Assembly: GCA_030748735.1 (NCBI GenBank)
Contig: JASMLK010000067.1
Span: forward strand, 161 to 64,160
DNA: 64,000 nt
Direction: 5' to 3'
Source of the DNA: Myxococcota bacterium
GTDB taxonomy: Bacteria; Myxococcota_A; UBA9160; UBA4427
This document shows positions 1 through 10,200 of this stretch, one piece after another. Made by a program: the position numbers and the translations under genes. Position 1 is the first letter of the stretch. Each line of letters starts with the position of its first letter. Below the pieces are notes generated by a model. It was given only the letters and a program-made list of their open reading frames with translations. It searched no databases and was not told the origin of the DNA.

Positions 1-175
1 TGATGCGAGGGCACTCAGCGCCCTGAACGTGGAAGGGCGTCGGGGCGTCTAGGTGCATTCTTCGGTCCACGTCTCGGAGGGTGAGGTCGCCGAGCGACTG
101 CGGGCGGGCGCCGCTCGCACCGCCGGAGCCTGAGCGAAGCCGGCAATGAGGTCAGCGCACGCGGCTGCGCGCAAG

Positions 176-1018
176 CTACGCCGACCGCACGCCCTTGTAC
201 GTCTCGTCGCTTTCCAGAACTGCGATCCGATGAACGACGCGGCGACCCGACGCGTCGTTCACGGCGTAGTGTTGAACGGCTTGCTGGTCCCAGAGCAACA
301 AGTCGCCCGGCTGCCAGCGATGTCGAAACGCGAACTCGGGCTTCTGCATGTGGCGAAGTAGCAAGTCGAGGAGCATCTGGGCTTCGAGCGGCCCCACGCC
401 CTGGATGAACCGCGTGTAGGTTGCGTTCACCGCGAGCCAGCGGCGCCCGGTGATTCGATGCTTGCGTACGACCGGGTGCGTGTGCATGAGGCCCTTCGCG
501 AGCGCATCGCCCACGGCCGGGCCGAGTGGTATGCCTGCTTGCCAGCCGAGTTCGTAGAGGTGTCCGTAGTCGTGAACCGCGACGAGGTCTCCGAGGAGTT
601 CCTGAAACTTCGCAGACAGTCCGTCATAGGCGTCGGCCGCGCTGACGAAAGCCGTATCGCCACCCGTCTCGGGAATGATCTCGCCGTAGAGCAGGTTCAC
701 GAGGGGCGAGTGCTCGAGAAACGACTCGTCCGTATGCCACGAATCGGCCCGGTCACCGGCCGCGCTATCGATGACGGTGATCTCGGGAACTTCGTGGGGC
801 GTGACGAATTGATCCGTCGCGTTCTTCTCCGGCACACCGAAGGCGCGCGCGATCTCCAACTGCTGCTCCGGGCGCATCTCCGGGGCCGGAAGCGAAACCA
901 CCTGGTGTTCGAAGAGCGCCTCCGTGATTGCACCGATCGTTTCGGACGTGAGGTTGCGGCTGAAGTCGATCCCTTCGATTCTGGCTCCGATGTGCGTGCC
1001 GAGTTTCCGCACCTTCAT
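176..1018 (-). CDS. TauD/TfdA-family Fe(II)/2-oxoglutarate dioxygenase
   Basis: 280-aa ORF with WHTDESF (HxD iron-ligand motif) and overall taurine-dioxygenase-like layout; high GC3. Confidence 0.85.
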   Translation of the reverse strand: MKVRKLGTHIGARIEGIDFSRNLTSETIGAITEALFEHQVVSLPAPEMRPEQQLEIARAFGVPEKNATDQFVTPHEVPEITVIDSAAGDRADSWHTDESFLEHSPLVNLLYGEIIPETGGDTAFVSAADAYDGLSAKFQELLGDLVAVHDYGHLYELGWQAGIPLGPAVGDALAKGLMHTHPVVRKHRITGRRWLAVNATYTRFIQGVGPLEAQMLLDLLLRHMQKPEFAFRHRWQPGDLLLWDQQAVQHYAVNDASGRRVVHRIAVLESDETYKGVRSA

Positions 1019-1167
1019 GGTCAGCTCTCCTCGATAATTGGTTCCACGGGAATGCGAGTTCGAGAGCGTACCGGCTAGCGTCTAGGCTGCGACTCGCCCT
1101 TTCCAGGGGCCGTCACTTCCTGGAACACTGCAAACACCCGAACGAGATCGGACCGGAGGAACCGCGC

Positions 1168-2403
1168 ATGTTCTATGGCTGGGTCATCGTCGCGGCGGTA
1201 TTCGCTGCGCAGATGTTCATGATCGGCTTCTGGACCTACGGCTTTCCCCTGCTCGTGGACCCGGTGCAGAAGGAATTCGGTGCGTCCGTCGCCGATATCC
1301 AGATGGGCCTCAGTGCGGGGGGCATTCTCGCCGCAGTGCTGGCGCCGCTGCTCGGCCCCCTCGTGGATCGCTGGTCCGCGCGCGGCATGGCCTCGATCGG
1401 GGCGGTGTTGTTGGTGACGGCGCTCGTCCTCATGTCGTTCGCGCAGGGCGTCTACGCATTCGTGGGCACGGTGGCCGTCGTGCTGACCGGTGCCAACGTG
1501 TTGCTCGGACCGATCACCGGGTCGACGCTCGTTTCGCGTTGGTTCACGACGACACGCGGGCGCGCGCTCGGCATCGCGGCGACCGGCACTTCGATTGGCG
1601 GCCTGCTCATTCCACTGCTGCTCGACAGCTTGATCGCTTCGATGGGTTGGCGCGGCAGCCTGCGCGCGCTCGCGGCGTGCGTGCTCGTATTCGTCGTGCC
1701 CCTCGTGGTGTTCGGACTGCGCGACCACCCGGGTGACAAGGGCCTGCACCCCGACGGTGCCGAAGAGCCCCCGAGCTCGGCCGATGCCGCGGCCAGCGGC
1801 CGGGTTTGGGCCGTGGGTGAAGTCGTGCGCAGCCCCGCCTACTGGTTGATCGGCTGCTGCCTGGGGATGCTCTTCATGGCATACACCGGAACCCTGGCGA
1901 ACCTGCACAAGTACGCGACCGAGCTGGGCGTCGAAGCCGCCAACGCCACGCGCCTGATCAGCATGGTTGCGATCACGGGTTTCATCGGAAAGCTCCTGTT
2001 CGGCTGGGCCGCCGACCGGATCGGCATGCGCGTGGGTCTGTGGGCCGCGATCGCACTCACGGCTCTCGGCATCGGAACCCTGTCGCTCGAGCCCGGCTAT
2101 GCCGGCATGCTCGTCGCCACAGCGTTGATGGGCCTCGCCGCCGGCGGGATGCTGCCCGTATGGAGCGGCATGATCGGCGAAGCCTTCGGCGTCGCGAGTT
2201 TCGGTCTGGTGATGGGATTGATGATGCCGATCATCACGGTCTTTGCCGCACCGGCACCGACCGTCGCGGGCCTGAGCTTCGACCAGACGCAGAGCTATAG
2301 CCTCGCGATGCAGTGCTTCGTGGGTGTCTTGATCGTGGCCGCGGCGCTCCTCGTTCCCCTGCGGCTCGACCAGAACAATGACAAGGTCGAATCGACCCCG
2401 TAG
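1168..2403 (+). CDS. MFS transporter
   Basis: 411-aa ORF that is hydrophobic throughout with about 12 predicted helices; motif LGPLVDRWSARG resembles the MFS loop 2-3 signature. Divergent from the dioxygenase gene. Confidence 0.85.
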   Translation: MFYGWVIVAAVFAAQMFMIGFWTYGFPLLVDPVQKEFGASVADIQMGLSAGGILAAVLAPLLGPLVDRWSARGMASIGAVLLVTALVLMSFAQGVYAFVGTVAVVLTGANVLLGPITGSTLVSRWFTTTRGRALGIAATGTSIGGLLIPLLLDSLIASMGWRGSLRALAACVLVFVVPLVVFGLRDHPGDKGLHPDGAEEPPSSADAAASGRVWAVGEVVRSPAYWLIGCCLGMLFMAYTGTLANLHKYATELGVEAANATRLISMVAITGFIGKLLFGWAADRIGMRVGLWAAIALTALGIGTLSLEPGYAGMLVATALMGLAAGGMLPVWSGMIGEAFGVASFGLVMGLMMPIITVFAAPAPTVAGLSFDQTQSYSLAMQCFVGVLIVAAALLVPLRLDQNNDKVESTP

Positions 2404-2467
2404 CGTGCCCCGGTCGTCTTGCGGGCCAGGTCGAGTTCATCGGGCACAGGGAGCTGTCACTCATCTC

Positions 2468-2495
2468 CAGCGAATTGACGCTTGGTAATTCGCTG
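2468..2495. promoter_or_regulatory. 9-bp perfect inverted repeat (CAGCGAATT-N10-AATTCGCTG), candidate TetR operator
   Basis: Read directly from sequence, about 80 bp upstream of the TetR start. A TTGACG hexamer lies inside it. Confidence 0.3.
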
Positions 2496-2572
2496 ACGAC
2501 TTGTACAACAAATGGACTCGATGTACCGTAAGAGCCAACACGGGGCTCCTCACGCCCCGGGGAGACGATTGG

Positions 2573-3241
2573 ATGGCCCCGATCGCGACGAGCCGGGAGC
2601 TTCCACAGCTACCCAGTCAGAAGGAGCGGGCGGAGCTGCGCAGGCGACAGCTGGTCGCAATCGCCGACGCGCTGCTCGAAGAGGGAGGCGTCGAGGCGGT
2701 TTCGATGGCGCGTGTCGCCGAGATCGCGGGGTGCGCCCGGACGCTCGTCTACCGCTACTTCCCGACGCGCGAAGAACTACTCGGCGCGGTGGTCGAGCTC
2801 TTCTACGAACGACTCGATGAGATCACCGCCGAAGCCGAGCTGGAGCAGACATCTGCCGCCGGCACCAACGGCGAGGACTCCGGCGTCGCTTTCCCGGGCA
2901 GCATCAGCGAACTCTGGGATGCGCTCTGGGAGGGAGGTCTCGGCGGCGCGGTCCTGCGCACGACGCCCTTCGTGAGCGCCGAACTTCAATCCCTCATGGA
3001 GACGATGATCGCCAGGCACGAGCGCCGCTTCTCGCAGCCGCTCGAAGCGAGCGGCCTGACTGAACAGCAGGCCAAGGTGGTCATGGATTCGCTGAACGCG
3101 AGTTTTACGAACCTGCTTCTCCGGGCCCGGCGTGGTGAGATCACGCGCGAACAAGGCATCGAGCTCTACCGCTGGCTCGCCCGTGGCTTGCTGCAAGGCA
3201 TCCGGATCAACGAGTCGACCCAATCGGGAGTGGAATCATGA
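2573..3241 (+). CDS. TetR/AcrR-family transcriptional regulator
   Basis: HTH segment VSMARVAEIAGCARTLVYRYFPTREELL. Start chosen at the ATG preceded by GGAGA; the ORF track offers an earlier TTG at 2501. Stop overlaps the next gene (ATGA). Confidence 0.85.
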   Translation: MAPIATSRELPQLPSQKERAELRRRQLVAIADALLEEGGVEAVSMARVAEIAGCARTLVYRYFPTREELLGAVVELFYERLDEITAEAELEQTSAAGTNGEDSGVAFPGSISELWDALWEGGLGGAVLRTTPFVSAELQSLMETMIARHERRFSQPLEASGLTEQQAKVVMDSLNASFTNLLLRARRGEITREQGIELYRWLARGLLQGIRINESTQSGVES

Positions 3242-4335
3242 CAGACAGCGCACAACAGAAAGTAATCGACGGCAGCGCATGGGAAGAGTTCTGCGACAGC
3301 TTGAAGGAAGCAGGCAAGCTGATCGATTCCGAAAAGGCACCCCAGGACGCCTTCAACCGGGCAGAGGGCTATCGCTACCTGACTCGCATGCTCCGGGCCG
3401 GGCTCGAGAGCTTCATCGAGTATGCGGACAAAGACTTTGCCGTGTTGCGCAGCGGCGCACACGAAACGATCAAGATGGGCGCCGACAACCCGGACAACCG
3501 ATATGAAAGTGCAGGCGTCAATCCCGCAAACGACTACCGCATCGTAGGGACACGCGGCACGGTCGACTACCTCGGGATCAGCACCGTGGCCAACCTGTAT
3601 TCCCAGGGCAAGAGCATGGTGACCACCGGCTTCCTCGACTCCCGCGACATGGAAATCTCCGAAAACGGCCGCATCGAAATCATCCTGAGCAAGAACGAAC
3701 AGCCGGGGAACTGGATTCCGATGACCGACGAGACGAACCAGGTGAACGTGCGGCAGACCTTCCAGGATCGGGTGAACGAGAAGCGCGCCGAACTGAAACT
3801 GGAACGCATCGGGGCCGAGGGCGAGCGACCCGAACCGTTCTCCGCGGACAAGTTGGTCCGCGGCCTTCAGGGCGCCACGCGTTTTCTCCGCAACACCACC
3901 GGCATGTTCGAGAACTGGGCAGAATCCTTCCTGCCGGACGAGAACACGCTGCCCCACGCGGACCAGGCCTACTGCCAGATGATCGGCGGCGATCCCAACA
4001 TCCACTACTTCCACAGCTACTGGAAGCTCGCTGACGACGAAGCTCTCGTGCTCGAAGCGGCGAAGATCCCCGAATGCCAGACCTGGAACTTCCAGCTCGA
4101 CAACTGGTGGATGGAGTCGCTCGACTACGTGAATCACACGATTCACGTCAACAAGACGACGGCGCACTACGAACCCGATGGCAGTGTGAAGGTCATCGTC
4201 TCCCACACCGACCCGGGTCATCCCAACTGGATCGAGACCGCCGGGCACAACAACGGCACCATGTGCTGGCGCTGGATCGGCGCGACCGAGCACCCGGACG
4301 TCGAGACCCGCGTCGTCAAAGCAAGCGAACTGTAG
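3238..4335 (+). CDS. conserved hypothetical protein (DUF1214-like by recollection)
   Basis: 365-aa ORF, high GC3, translationally coupled to the TetR gene. Family assignment is from memory only. Confidence 0.7.
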   Translation: MTDSAQQKVIDGSAWEEFCDSLKEAGKLIDSEKAPQDAFNRAEGYRYLTRMLRAGLESFIEYADKDFAVLRSGAHETIKMGADNPDNRYESAGVNPANDYRIVGTRGTVDYLGISTVANLYSQGKSMVTTGFLDSRDMEISENGRIEIILSKNEQPGNWIPMTDETNQVNVRQTFQDRVNEKRAELKLERIGAEGERPEPFSADKLVRGLQGATRFLRNTTGMFENWAESFLPDENTLPHADQAYCQMIGGDPNIHYFHSYWKLADDEALVLEAAKIPECQTWNFQLDNWWMESLDYVNHTIHVNKTTAHYEPDGSVKVIVSHTDPGHPNWIETAGHNNGTMCWRWIGATEHPDVETRVVKASEL

Positions 4336-4346
4336 GAACGGAACCG

Positions 4347-5501
4347 ATGAGCGAAGTCACATTCGTCGTAGAAGACCTGCTGCGCGAGGCCCAGGAGGGT
4401 GCGGGGCTCGACAACTTCGGCAACCCGCGCTTTCGCGAGGGACTCGAGGCCCTTGCGGAGATGATGGATCGCTACATCGAAGGCGACCGGCTCCGCCAGC
4501 GCCACCGCCAGAACGTGCTGGGTCGTCTGGTCACGCGCCTCCAGATCCAGGAAGCCTTTCGCAAGCATCCCGAAATCCACGACGAAAAGATCGAGCGGCC
4601 CATGATCGTCACCGGGCTCCCGCGCTCCGGTACTTCGGCGCTGTTCAATCTCCTGGACAGCGACCCGGCCGCGCGCGGGCTCTTGCTCTGGGAAATCCAT
4701 TTCCCCCAGCCGCTCGAGGGCCGGCCGTCGATGGAAGATGACCCCCGCTACCAGGCCATGAAGAAGGCGATCGCGGCCCACCGCAACCCCGAACTCGACA
4801 AGATCCACTACGCCGATGCCGACATTCCGGAGGAATGCGTTCTCATGCAGGCGTATTCCTTCGATGGCGTGAACACCGGTTGGGAGTATCTACACGAGCC
4901 CTACGCAAGCTGGTTCAAGAACCACGACCTCGACTTCATGTACGAGGAACATCGCGACCACATGAAGCTCTTGCAGTGGCAGCGCCCGGGAACGCGCTGG
5001 CTCCTCAAAGCTCCCGCCCATATGTGGGCGATCGACGAGGTCGTGAAGGTCTTCCCGGACGTCAGCATCGTGTGGGGACACCGCGAGCCGATCGGCGTCA
5101 CGGCTTCGATCTGCAGCATGACCGAGAAGATGGTCTACGCCATGAACTTCGACGGTGTGAGCAAAGAAGAACTCCGGAGCCTCGGCCCGCGGCTTCTAGA
5201 CTGGTATGCCACGTCACTCGAGCGAGGTCTTGCTGCGCGGGAGAAGATCGGCCCCGAACGCGTCATGGACTACACCTTCAAGGAGTTCATCGCGGATCCG
5301 AAGGGCGTAGTGGAGCGAATTTACGACCACTTCTCCCTCCCAATGCCGGATGCCACCCGCAAGGCCATCGAAGCTCACATCGCCAAGAACGTGAAGGGCA
5401 AGCACGGAAAACACGAGTACGACCTCGCGCACTACGGCATCAGCGAAGAGCGGGTGCGCGAGCGATACGATTTCTATCTCGAAGGTGGTTGGCTGAACTG
5501 A
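4347..5501 (+). CDS. sulfotransferase-family protein
   Basis: PAPS-binding 5'-PSB-like motif GLPRSGTSALFNLL. Start set at the MSEVTF ATG at 4347, because the ORF-track start at 4074 overlaps the upstream gene. Confidence 0.85.
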   Translation: MSEVTFVVEDLLREAQEGAGLDNFGNPRFREGLEALAEMMDRYIEGDRLRQRHRQNVLGRLVTRLQIQEAFRKHPEIHDEKIERPMIVTGLPRSGTSALFNLLDSDPAARGLLLWEIHFPQPLEGRPSMEDDPRYQAMKKAIAAHRNPELDKIHYADADIPEECVLMQAYSFDGVNTGWEYLHEPYASWFKNHDLDFMYEEHRDHMKLLQWQRPGTRWLLKAPAHMWAIDEVVKVFPDVSIVWGHREPIGVTASICSMTEKMVYAMNFDGVSKEELRSLGPRLLDWYATSLERGLAAREKIGPERVMDYTFKEFIADPKGVVERIYDHFSLPMPDATRKAIEAHIAKNVKGKHGKHEYDLAHYGISEERVRERYDFYLEGGWLN

Positions 5502-5541
5502 CCCGCCCAGCCACCCCGCAACCAGAATGAACGGAGCCCCC

Positions 5542-6459
5542 ATGCTAGAAGGCCAGCGCATCCTCGTGACCGGCGCGACCGGTCAGGTCGCCCGACCACT
5601 CGCCGAGAAGCTCAACGAGAACAACGAAGTCTGGGCCGCCGCCCGCTTCTCCGATCCTCACGCGAAGGCTGACCTCGAAGCCGCCGAGATCAGGACCGTC
5701 TATTTCTCGCTGGGCGATGAGGATCTATCGAGCCTTCCCGACGTCGACTACGTCTTCCACTGCGGCGTCAACCAGAACCCCGAGACCCCCGATCAGGGAA
5801 TCGCGCAGAACGCCGAGGGCACCGGCTTCCTGATGCAGCGCTACCGGGACGTCCGCGGCTTCCTCCACATGTCGTCGTCCGGGGTCTATCGCGTGCCGGC
5901 CAGTTCCCCCGAGCTGGTCTCGGAAGACCATACGCTCGGCGGGCATTCGGTCTACGCGCCCCACTACGCCATGAGCAAACTCGCAACCGAAGCAGTCGTG
6001 CGTTTCCAGGCTCGCGCACTCGGCATCCCTACGATCATCACCCGGCTCGACGTCGCCTACGGCTCACACGGTCATGGCGGCGTACCGATGGTCGTCTACG
6101 AATTCATGAAGCACGGCATGGCGTATACCCGCGCCGAAAGTGGCGACAGCTACTGCACGCCGATCCACGAAGACGACATCGTCGAGCAGGTGCAGAACCT
6201 GATCGCGAACGCGCAGGTCCCGGCGCCCGTCGTCAACCTCGGCGGTGACGAAGTCGTCACCGTCGAAGAGATCATCGCCTATGTCGAAGAACTGACGGGC
6301 CTCGAGATGAAGATGGAGACAGGGCCCGACGCATCGTGGGGCATGAAGGCGCTCGACAACACGAAGCGCAAGTCGCTCGCTGGCCCCTGCCGTGTGACGT
6401 GGAAGGAAGGCGTCCGCTCGGCCCTCGCAAAGCGCAGCCCCGACGCGATCATCGGCTGA
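5542..6459 (+). CDS. NAD-dependent epimerase/dehydratase (SDR) family protein
   Basis: Rossmann motif ILVTGATGQVARPL and YAxSK-like YAMSK. ATG at 5542 is preceded by GGAG; an alternative ATG lies at 5527. Confidence 0.85.
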   Translation: MLEGQRILVTGATGQVARPLAEKLNENNEVWAAARFSDPHAKADLEAAEIRTVYFSLGDEDLSSLPDVDYVFHCGVNQNPETPDQGIAQNAEGTGFLMQRYRDVRGFLHMSSSGVYRVPASSPELVSEDHTLGGHSVYAPHYAMSKLATEAVVRFQARALGIPTIITRLDVAYGSHGHGGVPMVVYEFMKHGMAYTRAESGDSYCTPIHEDDIVEQVQNLIANAQVPAPVVNLGGDEVVTVEEIIAYVEELTGLEMKMETGPDASWGMKALDNTKRKSLAGPCRVTWKEGVRSALAKRSPDAIIG

Positions 6460-6583
6460 CGGCCATGTTTCGTGAACATGAAGCGCCCGAACGCTGGGAG
6501 CTGGAAGTCGATCTGGTCTGTGCGGGATCGAGTTCTGGGGGATGGAGCGGTTTCCACCGTTTCTTCCCTACCTTCTTTGTTCC

Positions 6584-6925
6584 TCAGCGGGCTGCCAGGC
6601 TCGCAAGCGCCGCCATCTCGGCGACCGTCGATGCGTCCAGGATGTTCATGTCCTTGTCGAGCGTTTCGAACACGGGCCCGTCCCCAGCGAAGAGCGAAAA
6701 GAACACGGTCGCACCTTCGGGACCGCCGTACTCCATGTGGGCCTCACCGCCCGGGCTCATCACGTAGGTGCCGGCGGGGCGCACCTTGTGTTCCCCCTCG
6801 CTCCCGTCGTCGTTGATCACGACGATGTGCTGCTCGCCCTCGAGCACGAGGATCGCTGTGTCGGCAATGTGGCGATGGAAGTGGCAGTACGAGTTCGGCG
6901 GCCACTTGACGATCAGGTCGAGGCG
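6584..6925 (-). CDS. cupin-domain protein, 5' end uncertain or possibly truncated
   Basis: Cupin motifs HFHRH...GE and PGGEAH. No ATG/GTG/TTG start lies between the cupin core and the junction with repeat copy A. The 220-aa ORF-track extension runs through repeat sequence. Confidence 0.55.
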   Translation of the reverse strand, partial: RLDLIVKWPPNSYCHFHRHIADTAILVLEGEQHIVVINDDGSEGEHKVRPAGTYVMSPGGEAHMEYGGPEGATVFFSLFAGDGPVFETLDKDMNILDASTVAEMAALASLAAR

Positions 6926-7080
6926 ACCGGTCTCCGGTTCGGATTCGCAATCGGGTGACCGCCAACACCCAGCGGAATCGCGGCCTTTCTCGACCCGAGG
7001 TCGAGCGCGAGGCCAAAGTCTCCGCAACGTGAGACTTGGTGGCGGTGGGTGGAGTCTGGGAGGAACTCGTCTCTGGGGGT
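6926..7080. repeat. Copy A (left-truncated) of the 202-bp repeat family plus tRNA-like 3' end
   Basis: Aligns by eye to copies B/C/D from ccggtctccggttcgg onward. Ends in tggtggcggtgggtggagtct...gaactc at the position where copy D carries the tRNA-Ser 3' end. Confidence 0.8.
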
Positions 7081-7233
7081 GATTCCCTGATCTATAGGGA
7101 AAATACAGGGAATCCGACTGCACTCGAGGATTGTGCGTTGAGTTCCGCGAGCGGAAAACGCCGGGGTTCCGCGTACTTCGCCGAGAGTTCCCTAGGCTCC
7201 GGAACAGCGAACGCTGCCCGGGGAACAGGGAAC
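7081..7233. promoter_or_regulatory. Inverted-repeat module, copy 1 (GATTCCCTG-N16-CAGGGAATC, then a degenerate TTCCCT-N10-CAGCGAA / CAGGGAAC)
   Basis: Perfect 9-bp inverted repeat at 7081-7089 and 7106-7114. The second motif lies 84 bp downstream. The module sits just 3' of the ATPase gene stop. Confidence 0.45.
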
Positions 7234-7291
7234 CTGGCGCCAACAACAGGGAGGCCGCGAGTGTTCCCGCCTCGACCGCGGCCGCCCACAG

Positions 7292-10200
7292 CTACTGCTT
7301 GCCAGCTCGAAGCTGCCACCAGAGGTGGAGCAGCTCGTTGCAGACCTCCTCCGGAAGCTCGCGTGCCGCGGGGCTGGCGAGCGCGCGGGCGATGAGATCC
7401 TGTTCATCGAGCACCGGACGCGGGTCGAGGTAGCCCTCGTCCTCCAGGTAGGTCGCGAGCTTCTCGGCGGCCTTCGGACGGAAGCGTGCGAGGAGTGGGT
7501 GCTCGCGCGATTGCAGAACTTCGATCAGGCGGCGGCCATCGTATCCGAGTTCCATTGCGATGGTCGCGACAGCCTCAAGGTATCGCTCGCTGATTGCGTT
7601 GCTCTCCTCGATTGCGGTGCGGTCAACGGGTTTGCCGCGACCCTCCGACCAGGACTCGCAGAACACTTCGAGGAGCCGCGAACGGGCATCGAGTTGTCTG
7701 GCGGCCTCCGCTTCATCCTTCAGGGAAGCAGCAAGGGGAGCTTCGGTTCGAGACAGCGTCCGCCACTGGCCAACCGTCTCGATCCGACTTGCGACGAGGC
7801 GTTTCAGAACGTGTAGGTCGTCCCAGAGCAGATAAAGCAGATGCTGGCCGAGGTACGCGGGACGCGGGTCGAATGTCGGCACCTCGATGAGAGCACCGTA
7901 CTCGTCCGGGCTAAGCCCGGTGGGGTCCGGAACGCTCGGCGGCGGTGCGATGCGCAACACCTCCGCCGACGACACCGCGGCGATACCCCGGCGCAGAAGC
8001 CCGAGATCAATGACCGCTGGCGGCGAGCAGCCCTCACTCTGGAGCGCTTCTCGGATCCGGTCGACGTCGACGTTGTCGTTCGTCAGATAGAAGATCTGCC
8101 GGTTCTCCTGCTCGGAGATTCGCCCAAGGCTTCGAGCGATGAGGTCGAAGCGCGCGGGATCGCTCTGGTCCAGCGCCTCGTCGAGAAAGAGCGGCAGCGG
8201 ACTCGCCCCTTCAGCTTCTTCAGCGAAGGCGATGCGCACCGCGAGCAGGAGCTGCGCACACTCACCTCCCGAGAGCTCGTTGAGCTGTTTACCCACGCCG
8301 GTACGAGAGGAAACAGCGATGAAGCTGCCACCGACTTCGGGTTCGATTCCGAGCTCGTACTCGTGGTGCGTAAAGAGCGCGAAAAGATCTCGCGCCCGCT
8401 TCAAGACCGCCGGCAGCTGCTTCGTCTCGTGCTCGGTCTTCACCTCGTCTAGGAGGAAGTCGCCGGCCAACGCCTCCAGTCCTCGTTCGCGCTTATCGGC
8501 GAGCATCGCCAGGGCATCGTCGTGACTCGCGATCAGATCCTCGAGGGTATGCGCCTCCGATGCCTGCTTGACCTCCGCCGCGATCTCGGCCGACTCGGTG
8601 CGAGCATCGTCCGCGGCGGCAGTCTCGCTCGCGAGTCGATCGCTCTCTCGCTCGAGGTCGCTCTGATCCAGATTGGCGAGCGCCGATTCGCCGGCCTCGG
8701 AGAGCTTGCGCTCGCCAATCCCGATGCTGGTCTGTAGTCCGCCGACTTCGTTCACTAGCTCCTGGTAGCGCTCAACCTTCCCGAGCAACTGGGAGAGTCC
8801 GGCGCGGTCACCGTGCTCGAGATCCGCGTCCCGGAAGATCTTCGCAATCGCCTCCTCGCTGCTCCGCATCTTCTCCCGCGCAGACTCGAGATCGTCGCTT
8901 GCGCGGCTCTCATCCTTGCGCGAATCCACGAGCAAGCGGCTGAGCTCTTCGACCTCGTGAACCAGAGCCTTCGCTGCCTCCGGGTCCTGGGGATCCTCCT
9001 CCCCGAGCCCAACGAGCCAATTCCCGAGCTCCTCTCGCTTCGCCTCGAAGTCAAGATCCAGGGCGCCGCAGCGACCTTCGGCCGCGGCCTCGGCGTCGCG
9101 CGCTTCGCGTAAGGCAATCAGCGCTCGGGCCGTATCCACCAGCTCCGCTGCTGCCGGGACACGGTCCAGGCGAAGGCGCGCAACGAGTTCCTCACCCCGA
9201 TCGCGGACGCTCTGTTCGCGGGTCCTCGCCGTCTCCAGATCGGATTCAATGCCCGCGCGCTCGATGGACCGGTCGCGCGCCCGCATCTCAGAGGCTCGGG
9301 ACTCCGCGATCTGCTGATCGATCTCCCGGAGTCGCTCATTCACGCTCGCGACCGTCCACGAGGCGGGCGCGTCGACGTTCGGCGGAAAAGCATCCATCGC
9401 CTTCTGCTGCGCGTCGGCGCGATCGTCGCTGCTCGACAGCAGCCAGGCACTGATCGCCCAGACAAGACCAGCGCCCGTGACGCCATGGAACGCCGGGTGG
9501 AACGCGATTCCGAGCGCGAGACCGGTCGCAGCAACGACAAGACCGACGACGGTGGCGGCAACCCGCGTCAGACCACCGATGCGGATTTCCGAGCCGCCCG
9601 TGTCCGGGGCCCTGAGCCAATCCCTCAGAGCCTCTGCCGCGCGCTCCCCGAGCTGCTGCTGCTTTTTTTGCTCCACGCTGAAGTCGTGGCCAGAGAGCAG
9701 CCTGAGGCGCTGCTCCAACGCCGCCCGGCCCTGCTCTACCTCTGTCGCCTCGCGCAGATACCTGTAGAGCTCTTCATCGTCTTCAAGCGCCAGCTCGGGC
9801 GGCGCGTCCTCCGACCCGCCGACGACCCGGCTCGCGTTCACCAGCTTCTTCTTCTCTGCTGCGAGTACGCCATAGGCGGTCTCGCGTCGAAGGGCGAGCT
9901 GCGCCCACGAGTCGGCGCGCTGTCGCCAGGCTGAGAGCTCGGACGCCTCGAGTGGCTCCTCGAGGCGACTCTCGACGATCCGGTTGCGTGCGTCGCGAAG
10001 CTCTCCTTCGTGTTGCGCCACCTTCTCGTTTGCTTCCTCGAGCTTCCGCTCCGCTGTTTCCAGCCAATCGAGCTCCAGGCCGACAATCTTCCCGCACGCA
10101 GGAGGAAGCGCGTCGAGCTCGGCCGTCAAGCGTTTCTGCTGCTCTCGAAGTCCGACCAGCTCTAGCGCCGTCGCAACGTGAGCCTGTCGCACGCGTGCGT

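Noticed and set aside
4074-4346. Upstream 91-codon extension of the sulfotransferase ORF
   Set aside because: It overlaps the 3' end of the preceding well-supported gene in another frame and is Arg-rich nonsense. A clean ATG at 4347 follows the upstream stop.
7037-7300. Possibility that the ...CCACCCACCGCCACCA end marks a tmRNA (ssrA) or an intact tRNA gene
   Set aside because: No complementary 5' acceptor strand (GGTGGGTG), no tag-peptide reading frame ending in a stop, and no canonical T-loop (TTCGA) were found upstream on the minus strand. I treat it as a tRNA-like fragment only.
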